Below are positions 9,201-15,151 of a DNA stretch of 18,213 bases, piece by piece. This DNA is from a bacterium (GTDB lineage: Bacteria; SZUA-182; DTGQ01; JAFGSM01): positions 1 through 18,213 of the forward strand of contig JBLIRN010000054.1 of NCBI GenBank assembly GCA_049472315.1, in the 5' to 3' direction. The translations under genes and the position numbers were made by a program. The notes beneath the pieces are model-generated. The model had not been told where the DNA came from. It did no database searches and was given only the letters and a program-made list of their open reading frames with translations. Numbering within the stretch: position 1 is the stretch's first letter; the number at the start of each line of letters is the position of its first letter.

Positions 9201-9540
9201 CGTCCACCTTGTCCCGCACCTTCTGGAGGACATCGTCGATATCCGTGCCGGTGACGAACTCGATGTTGATGGAGGAGAGCCCCTCGGAGCTCACCGACTG
9301 GATCTTCTTCACATTCTCCAGCCCCTTGAGCTTCTTTTCGATGGGGATGGTGATGGATTTCTCGATATCGGCAGGCGACACCCCCCGGTAGGAGGTGGAA
9401 ACGAACACGTTGGGTATGGTAATGTCAGGGGCCGCCTCCCGGGGGAGGGCGAAATAGGAATAAAGGCCCCACACGATGACGATGGCGGTGAGAACCATGA
9501 CGCTGATTCTCTGGCGAATCGCGGTGTCGCTTATGATCAT
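6223..9540 (-). CDS. RND efflux permease (AcrB/AcrD/AcrF family), 1105 aa
   Basis: LPREAAPDI, GMLVDNAIVIVENI, GIMGEFM, GVVVNNGILLID, RLRPVFLT, TLIVVPVLY. True start MIISDTAIRQ at 9540 overlaps the MFP stop (ATGA). Confidence 0.95.
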   Translation of the reverse strand: MIISDTAIRQRISVMVLTAIVIVWGLYSYFALPREAAPDITIPNVFVSTSYRGVSPADIEKSITIPIEKKLKGLENVKKIQSVSSEGLSSINIEFVTGTDIDDVLQKVRDKVDEADSELPTDLEEEPSIFEVNFSEFPILVLSMSGNIGLARLKKIAEDLQDDIESIPGVLECELSGGLEREIRIEPYAAKLAYYGIPVTSLQQIVSGENQNVSGGIIRMGNGRFRLRVPGEFAQPEEILGLVVGSHHGEPVYLKDVARVMDGFKDQESRSRLNGREAINLSVKKRSGENIIAITDRIDELIAQARQSWPQGVTITKLMDNAKDIRDMIADLENNLISGLILVVLVLLFSLGLRNAVLVSLAIPLSMLMSFSILQAMGITLNMVVLFSLTLALGMLVDNAIVIVENIFRYMEQGVPKFQAAMKATSEVAYPVIGATATTVFAFFPLVFWPGIMGEFMKYLPITLIVTLSSSLFVALVITPALASFVMKPKMIPGQGTAVTAEEIQQAGEQPVSCTTAILKTYRRILEACLNHRVAVTIASFVFLAVCVLAWVWRVGLEKPVEFFPYIDPMAFYVNMDMPEGADLDYADNLVKMAEVKACGAHIDPLRQGKADIDALYESCMSPQVHKKADGSEFQGPGDLNNVQYIYSRSTTATGGGMRFSENTPNHIGVQFIDLEERTEPSIETIERIRQRLTGIPGAKVTIMEREEGPPTGAPINIEVVGERFEVLGQIARSVRDLVSQVPFVKDVRDDYIPGYPSIRVRVDRQKAALLGLSTNSIGFVLKTAFNGLQVSTYHEADEDYDITIQLSEEERESTDILRHLLIPSPNGQLVPLSTVASFSYEGSLGEITRINHERVVTVRANVEEEYVPGPVARAQAEKLLSGITLPPGYRIRFTGEFEFQKEAEDFLGKAFVVAVFLVFLILVAQFNSINKPFIVMTTVILSLGGVFLGLTCCNFPFGIIMTGVGVISLAGVVVNNGILLIDYIGQLKQRGFSSREAVIAGGCTRLRPVFLTAITTILGLVPMVTGVSYDFHKGHIAWVSQSSQWWQTMASAVIFGLGLATILTLIVVPVLYSMTESAQRGFARGAAWCREMYWRPYHRLFERD

Positions 9541-10679
9541 AACTGCAGCTCGCTGGGATCGCCTATGGTCCGGATGACCGAAACGGGCTGGCCGTCCTCC
9601 AGGTTTCTCTGCCCGACCACCACCACCCTGTCGCCCGGCTTGATGCCCGAAACCACCTGTACCTGCCATCCCTGGAGCACACCGAGCCTCACCGGGCGGT
9701 AATGGGCGGTGTCATCGTTTACCACATACACGTAGCGCTCATTCGCATTGGTGATGACGGAGTACAGGGGAACCACAAAGGAGCCGGGATACCGTTCCTT
9801 GATAAGGTCCACCCGTGCGAACATCCCCGGCCTGAGGATGTTGTCCGGGTTCTCCACCTCCAGCTTGAGGGTGTAGACCCGTGCGTAGGTTTCCGGCTGG
9901 CGGGACAGGAACACTTTTTTCCCCACCACCTTCAGGTCATCGAGGGCCTCCACGGTGATCTCCGCCTCCTCGAGATCGTTGACCGCCTGGACGTCCGATT
10001 CGGGTATCCCCACCTCCACCTTGACCCGCCGGGTATCGAGAATCTGAAAGAGGGGATCAGCACGGCTGATCAGCAGGCCGGGCTTGGCGAACCGTCGGTT
10101 GATGAACCCGGACAGGGGTGCGGTGATGGTGCACCGGGCGAGATCCAGCCTGGCTGCGGCGAGGGTGGATGCCGTCTCCTCCAGGCGTGCCTGGATCGTA
10201 TCGAGCTGCGCCTTGGAGGCGGCATCCCGTTCGGCCAGTTTCGAGATCCGGGCGAAGTCCTCCTGGGCAAGCCTGTATGAGGCCTCGATCTGTCTCACCC
10301 GGTTCTGGTAGTCGCGTGGATCGATCCTGGCAAGCAGATCACCCTTATTTACGCTGTCGCCCTCCTTCACCGTGATGTCGACGATCGTTCCGGTCACCTC
10401 GGCGAGAACGGTCAGGTCCTCGAGGGGGGCGATGACGGCGGGGAGGTTGATGCGGTCCACCACCTGGGTGGGTTGGATCTCCTGCACCACCACATTTACC
10501 GGCTGCCGGTTTTTTTCATACGCGGCGAGTTTCTCCTCCCTGATCTGTTGCTTCTTTCGGGCGATACCCACCAGCAGCATCCCCGCGATAACGAGAAGCG
10601 CAATCACCACCAGCCAGGGTCCCATGCCCCAGATATACCTGATAATCTCCTCCTGTTTTCGCAATCCTTCTTTTCTCAT
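9537..10679 (-). CDS. RND periplasmic adaptor / membrane fusion protein
   Basis: N-terminal TM, AEVTGTI, VKEGDSVNKGDLLARID, ITAPLSGFI, LRPGMFARV, GIKPGDRVVVVGQ. Confidence 0.95.
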   Translation of the reverse strand: MRKEGLRKQEEIIRYIWGMGPWLVVIALLVIAGMLLVGIARKKQQIREEKLAAYEKNRQPVNVVVQEIQPTQVVDRINLPAVIAPLEDLTVLAEVTGTIVDITVKEGDSVNKGDLLARIDPRDYQNRVRQIEASYRLAQEDFARISKLAERDAASKAQLDTIQARLEETASTLAAARLDLARCTITAPLSGFINRRFAKPGLLISRADPLFQILDTRRVKVEVGIPESDVQAVNDLEEAEITVEALDDLKVVGKKVFLSRQPETYARVYTLKLEVENPDNILRPGMFARVDLIKERYPGSFVVPLYSVITNANERYVYVVNDDTAHYRPVRLGVLQGWQVQVVSGIKPGDRVVVVGQRNLEDGQPVSVIRTIGDPSELQL

Positions 10680-10688
10680 AGTGTGGAA

Positions 10689-10717
10689 AGTATAGGCAAT
10701 TACAGGGATGGTGTCAA
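10689..10717 (-). promoter_or_regulatory. Sigma-70 promoter of the MFP-RND operon
   Basis: TTGACA (10717-10712), 17-nt spacer, TATACT (10694-10689); only 9 nt between the -10 box and ATG 10679. Confidence 0.75.
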
Positions 10718-10994
10718 TATCGATACCAATCCCTATTCGTTGTATAGCTGGGCGTGAAGGTCTTTTTCAAGGAACGATTGTAAGACGGCGGGTGATATTC
10801 ATGGATGTAAAACCTCGGTGCCTCCGGCCCCTGTGGTCCATTCCGGGTACGTGCAGGATATCCTTCGGACAGGCAGCTACGCTGACGAAGCTTGGTCAGG
10901 CGGAGCGAAGCGACGATACCATAATCTATTGAGCAATCATCATTACGGCAATCTTCAGCAAGAGATCATTTCTGCGCGGTATGCGGGCAGGGGT

Positions 10995-11036
10995 AAAAAA
11001 AGGGGATACGCCGATTTCCCAACGGCGTATCCCCTT
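10995..11036 (-). terminator. Rho-independent terminator of the MYGG-repeat gene
   Basis: 14-bp perfect inverted repeat AAGGGGATACGCCG/CGGCGTATCCCCTT, 9-nt loop, ending in a T7 run on the minus strand, ~30 nt after stop 11068. Confidence 0.9.
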
Positions 11037-11067
11037 ATCCGTCTAACACAAAACCGCAGCAGTGCCT

Positions 11068-11733
11068 TTAGAAGAACGGTACAAACGGCGCAAACGGGAT
11101 CAATCCGAGCGCTGCAGCGGTCGCCACAGGTGTCGCCACGGCGGTCGCCACCGGAGTCGCTACAGGAACGGTTGCCACAGGTGCTGTCACAGCCGGTGCC
11201 GTCGTCGTGGTTGACGGGCTTAGGAGCGCCGAGAGGATCGATGAGCCGAGCCCACCGTACATTCCGCCGTACATGCCCATGCCATACAAGCCGCCGTACA
11301 TGCCCATGAGGCCGCCGTACATGCCGAGGCCGCCGAGCAGTCCGCCGTACATGCCGTAGAGCCCGCCGCCGTAGAGGCCGCCGAGCAAGCCGCCGTACAT
11401 GCCCATGAGGCCGCCGTACATGCCCATGAGGCCGCCGTACATGCCCATGAGGCCGCCGTACATGCCGCCGAGCAGTCCGCCGTACATGCCGTAGAGTCCG
11501 CCGTACATGCCGCCGAGCATTCCGCCGTACATGCCGCCGAGCATTCCGCCGTACATGCCGTAGAGTCCGCCGTACATTCCGCCGTACATTCCGCCGTACA
11601 TGCCGTAGAGCCCGCCGTACATGCTGGAGAGTCCATAGTATGAATAAGCGGGTGTTGTCATGGTAAGGGTTACGGCGCATGAAAGGATACAAACCAATGC
11701 GATGATACACAGAACAGAGCATTTAGCTTTCAT
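11068..11733 (-). CDS. Exported Gly/Met/Tyr/Leu low-complexity repeat protein of unknown function, 221 aa
   Basis: Signal-peptide-like N-terminus (MKAK + hydrophobic core + PAYS); GC-ending codons in this frame (ATG TAC GGC GGN); own promoter and terminator. Confidence 0.88.
   Translation of the reverse strand: MKAKCSVLCIIALVCILSCAVTLTMTTPAYSYYGLSSMYGGLYGMYGGMYGGMYGGLYGMYGGMLGGMYGGMLGGMYGGLYGMYGGLLGGMYGGLMGMYGGLMGMYGGLMGMYGGLLGGLYGGGLYGMYGGLLGGLGMYGGLMGMYGGLYGMGMYGGMYGGLGSSILSALLSPSTTTTAPAVTAPVATVPVATPVATAVATPVATAAALGLIPFAPFVPFF
11245..11622 (-). repeat. Coding tandem repeat array built from 9- and 12-nt units (MYGG, LYG, LMG, LLGG, MLGG)
   Basis: CCGTACAT core recurs throughout; perfect 21-bp unit GCCGCCGTACATGCCCATGAG x3.7 at 11389-11466. 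Confidence 0.95.
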
Positions 11734-11944
11734 AACCTGGTTACCCTTCTTTTACTTTACCCTGATGTTTGACTTTAACAACCTAAAAATTAACCACGGA
11801 TTTCTTACTGCTTTTTCAGACGGCCACCACCTCACTCCTTTGGGCCCGAGTGTTATTCATTGTGGAATGAATAATCATCATGTAAAGAGTAACACCTGCC
11901 CAGCTATTGAAACATACTATTATAAAAAAATTATGCCATTAACA

Positions 11945-11973
11945 ATTATACCCTTCGGACCTCCTTCTGTCAA
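11945..11973 (-). promoter_or_regulatory. Perfect-consensus sigma-70 promoter for the MYGG-repeat gene
   Basis: Minus strand TTGACA-gaaggaggtccgaaggg (17 nt)-TATAAT; a second TATAAT lies at 11924-11919. Confidence 0.85.
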
Positions 11974-12090
11974 AATGACTTCCCCTAACATCATATAATA
12001 TATGCACATATAAAGGAATCGTTTGTCATTTTACTATGCATATTGTATGCTAACATATAAAACCCTTGACCACTGTTAGGTTTAAAAGAA

Positions 12091-12133
12091 TTGCACAATG
12101 CGAAAATTGTGTCCTTTATTTCACAATGTGCAA
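12091..12133. promoter_or_regulatory. Cluster of CACAAT/ATTGTG half-sites, candidate regulator binding region
   Basis: CACAAT 12094, ATTGTG 12106, CACAAT 12122, bracketed by TTGCACA...TGTGCAA. Confidence 0.45.
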
Positions 12134-12167
12134 ACAAAATCACTATTTATGACAATGAGAAACTACG

Positions 12168-12947
12168 ATGGCTACTACTCAACGATTACTTGCCACGATC
12201 CTGGACCCGTATTCCTCCCTAATGGTGTGTCTTTCCGGCGGTCTGGATAGCTGCCTCCTTTTGAAGATGGTTCATGCCATTGCAGGGGAACGGGTACGGG
12301 CCGTCACCTTTGTTTCACCACTTCATACAATATACAGCATAAACAATGCCATGAACTGGGCATCTACCCTAAGTATCGAGCACCTCGTGATCGACTACGA
12401 TCCCCTCGATGAGGAGGGGATACAATCCAATGGCCCGGAGCGGTGCTATCGGTGCAAGGCGAGGATGTTTTTCCATGCCCGTGAGGTTGCCGGAGAGGGG
12501 CATGGAGTCGTCATTCTGGATGGCTCCCATGCAGGGGACGATCCGGGTGCGCGTCCCGGAATGAGGGCAAACCGGGAATTCGGAATCCTGAGCCCTTGGA
12601 GGGAATTGGGGCTTGGAAAGCATGCGTTGAGATTGCTCGCGCAGGAGGAGGGGATCCCCTTCTGGGAAAGACCTGCTGACTCCTGCCTTGCCACCCGCTT
12701 TCCTCCGGGCCATCTATTGAGGAGGGAGGAACTTGCCGGCCTGGAGCATGCCGAGGACGCCCTCCGGGACCTCGGATTCAATGACATCAGGGTGCGGCCT
12801 GCGGACGATCCTCCCCGGGTGATCATTGGCGAGAAGGATTACCAAAGGGCCCGAATCCTTGGTGCGGAGAGGATCGTGGAGGCGATCAGGGACCGGACCG
12901 GCCTCGATCTCACCCCTTTGTGTATAGAGAGGATGAAAAGGCAGTAA
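12168..12947 (+). CDS. larE: LarE-family ATP-dependent (PP-loop) sulfur insertase
   Basis: SGGLDS PP-loop, NGPERCYRCK, RPGMRA, SPWRELGLGK, WERPADSCLATRFP, AEDALRDLGF-IRVR, all matching the LarE family layout. Family call is firm; exact substrate is not. Confidence 0.82.
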   Translation: MATTQRLLATILDPYSSLMVCLSGGLDSCLLLKMVHAIAGERVRAVTFVSPLHTIYSINNAMNWASTLSIEHLVIDYDPLDEEGIQSNGPERCYRCKARMFFHAREVAGEGHGVVILDGSHAGDDPGARPGMRANREFGILSPWRELGLGKHALRLLAQEEGIPFWERPADSCLATRFPPGHLLRREELAGLEHAEDALRDLGFNDIRVRPADDPPRVIIGEKDYQRARILGAERIVEAIRDRTGLDLTPLCIERMKRQ

Positions 12948-13058
12948 TAATAATTATGAATCGTGGGTCCGGGAACGGAGCCGGACATGCCTGCCCCCCG
13001 ACATCGCAACAGCAACGCAGGAATTGCTGATGGAGAGGAGGCGGGGTGTCAAGCGGGG

Positions 13059-13087
13059 TTGACATTCCCGCCAGGTATGGATATCCT
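13059..13087 (+). promoter_or_regulatory. Sigma-70 promoter for the TpsB-TpsA pair
   Basis: TTGACA-N17-TATCCT, ~125 nt upstream of ATG 13212. The -35 box is also one arm of a TGTCAA-N6-TTGACA palindrome (13047-13064). Confidence 0.6.
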
Positions 13088-13211
13088 TATTTATACACAT
13101 TTCTTCCGGGCTTTTGCCTTCCTGTCGTAACCATCGTATTCATCGTTCACCACATCACCGTTTTTCCTTCCACGGTCGTGCTGTTAACTCGATTACTGGC
13201 GACGACTTTTT

Positions 13212-15008
13212 ATGCAGAGGGGAAACCGGCTCACACGGGGATCTGCCGGGGCAGGGGAAGGGGTATTCCTCTGTCTGGCCGCCCTCATGTTCATCCTGCA
13301 CGTCATTGCACCCCCTGGAGCAGCATCGGCATTCTGGGGATACTCCTGCCCTGATAAGGATGCGGCAACGGGGATGTCGCGCGCCGAGGAACCAATTTCG
13401 GAACAAACCCTCATGCCACTTCGTGGCGCCACCAAGCATGAAAATACGATTCTATTTTCGGAGCAAAAACTGTCAATTCAAGACCTGACCCCAAATCCAG
13501 CCGGGGAAACCGGTGCGCTCTCGCACCTTTCACGGGTGTATGTGAAAAGGATCGATCTTCTCGGAAACACCGTATTTTCAAAAGAAGAATGTGCTGCACT
13601 CACCGCATGCTATGAGAACCGAGAGATCACCTCTGAGGAGCTCCAGGACCTGCGGGAGGCGCTTACCCGTTTTTACCGCCAGAGAGGGTATGTCACCTCC
13701 TGGGTGATCATCCCGGATCAGGAGGTGCACGACGGTGTCGTACGCCTGCAGGCCGTGGAGGGAAGGATCGCCGGGATCGTGGTGGAGGGAAACACCCGTT
13801 TTCGAACGGGGTTCATTGCCGGGCGGCTCCGCCGCTCCTCCGGCCCTCCGGTCAATGCCCTCGACCTCCAGGCAGCCCTGGCACGACTGGACAATGATCC
13901 CCGTATACGGCACATCAACGCCCTGCTCGGTCCGGGACTACGTGAGGGCGAGGGCATCCTGTATGCACAAATCGAGGAGGCGGCCCCCTATGCCCTCGAT
14001 TTCGGAGCCTGCAACTGCCGGCCGCCCGGCGTCGGTCCCGAACGTGCATGGATCCATGCCGCTCATCGCAATCTCACCGGAAACGGTGACGTGATCGAGG
14101 GGACCCTGGGGAAAACAGAGGGCGCCACCGACGCGGACCTCTCGTACACCATCCCCCTCACCGCCCGGGATAGCACCCTCAAGCTTTCCTTTCGGGAAAG
14201 CGACACCCTGGTCATCGAGGAGCCCTTTCACGAGCTCGACATACGAGGCAAGGATACAACCTGGGGATGCATCCTGAGTCACTCCGTATATCGGGGCTCC
14301 GGCAGGGAACTCTCCCTTTCCCTCGCTGCCGAGGTACGCCGCAGCAGGACCTTCCTTCTGGGGAGGCCCTTTTCCTTCACCGATGGGGCGGAGGAGGGAA
14401 GAACCAGGCTGAAGGTGGTGCGTTTCGCCCAGCAATGGAACGATCGCAGCAATGCCAATGCCTTTGCCGTGCGCTCCTGTTTCAGCCTGGGGGAGGATGC
14501 CCTCGCCGGAACATGGGAGAGCGACAGGGAGGACGGCGCATTTTGCGCCTGGCTTGGTCAGATACAATGGGTGCGGAGGCTGGGAGACCGGGGGACCGTC
14601 GTGGTGCTCAGGGGGGATGTGCAGCTTGCCAACGATCCCCTTCTCCCCTTCGAGAGGTTCGCCGTCGGCGGGATGAACAGCGTACGGGGCTACCGGGAAA
14701 ACCGGCTGGTGCGGGACAACGGCCTTGCCTCGTCGGTGGAGGTTCGCATACCGATTATCAGCAATCACCGGGGGGAGGCGCCGCTGCAGGCGGCAACATT
14801 CCTCGATTACGGACGGTCATGGAACACCAATACCCCCACCCCCGAGCCCACATCCCTCTCAAGCATCGGGATCGGCATCAGGGGGCTCATCGCGGGCCGT
14901 ATATCCCTTGCCGTTTACTGGGGCATTCCCCTCAGGGACCTCCCGGTCACGGAGCGGGACATACAGGACGATGGTATACACGTTCAGATCGAGGGGCGTG
15001 TGCTATGA
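13212..15008 (+). CDS. TpsB outer-membrane transporter (ShlB/FhaC/HecB family)
   Basis: Signal-like N-terminus, POTRA segments (GNTVFS...FYRQRGYVTS...GVVRLQAVEGRI), beta-barrel with GGMNSVRGY motif and FLDYG. Confidence 0.93.
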   Translation: MQRGNRLTRGSAGAGEGVFLCLAALMFILHVIAPPGAASAFWGYSCPDKDAATGMSRAEEPISEQTLMPLRGATKHENTILFSEQKLSIQDLTPNPAGETGALSHLSRVYVKRIDLLGNTVFSKEECAALTACYENREITSEELQDLREALTRFYRQRGYVTSWVIIPDQEVHDGVVRLQAVEGRIAGIVVEGNTRFRTGFIAGRLRRSSGPPVNALDLQAALARLDNDPRIRHINALLGPGLREGEGILYAQIEEAAPYALDFGACNCRPPGVGPERAWIHAAHRNLTGNGDVIEGTLGKTEGATDADLSYTIPLTARDSTLKLSFRESDTLVIEEPFHELDIRGKDTTWGCILSHSVYRGSGRELSLSLAAEVRRSRTFLLGRPFSFTDGAEEGRTRLKVVRFAQQWNDRSNANAFAVRSCFSLGEDALAGTWESDREDGAFCAWLGQIQWVRRLGDRGTVVVLRGDVQLANDPLLPFERFAVGGMNSVRGYRENRLVRDNGLASSVEVRIPIISNHRGEAPLQAATFLDYGRSWNTNTPTPEPTSLSSIGIGIRGLIAGRISLAVYWGIPLRDLPVTERDIQDDGIHVQIEGRVL

Positions 15009-15151
15009 GCGCTGCAGTGCTCGTCCGCAGGCACACAGGCACACCGCCCATCCCATAGATTGCCATAAGTTTCGATAATTGGGCCTGGATGCACCTTTGA
15101 TCATGCAGGATTATGATGTACGGTAATTTCTTTGGTTCAATGGAGATTGTC

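Noticed and set aside
9541..9669. 43-aa N-terminal extension of the RND ORF in the ORF track
   Set aside because: Overlaps the MFP gene. The family-typical start is ATG 9540, with ATGA coupling.
6244..10695. Long plus-strand ORFs (451, 336, 301, 192 aa) opposite the RND/MFP genes
   Set aside because: Antisense shadows expected from GC-rich codon usage; no recognisable motifs.
11245..11622. Possible CRISPR array
   Set aside because: Units are 9-24 nt, contiguous, codon-phased and have no unique spacers; no cas genes in the window.
11220..11636. Cys/Thr/Ala repeat ORF (ACTAECSAACTA...) resembling a thiazole RiPP precursor or metallothionein
   Set aside because: Shadow frame of the MYGG gene. 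It has no RBS or leader and no YcaO/dehydrogenase nearby; codon pattern, signal peptide and terminator position favour the Gly frame.
10955..11722. Arg/His-rich protamine-like ORF (RHVRR repeats)
   Set aside because: Third frame of the same repeat, which lacks stops by construction; it would run through the terminator hairpin.
11919..11938. TGGCAT as a sigma-54 -24 box for the repeat gene
   Set aside because: No GC at the -12 position; the adjacent perfect sigma-70 promoter explains the region.
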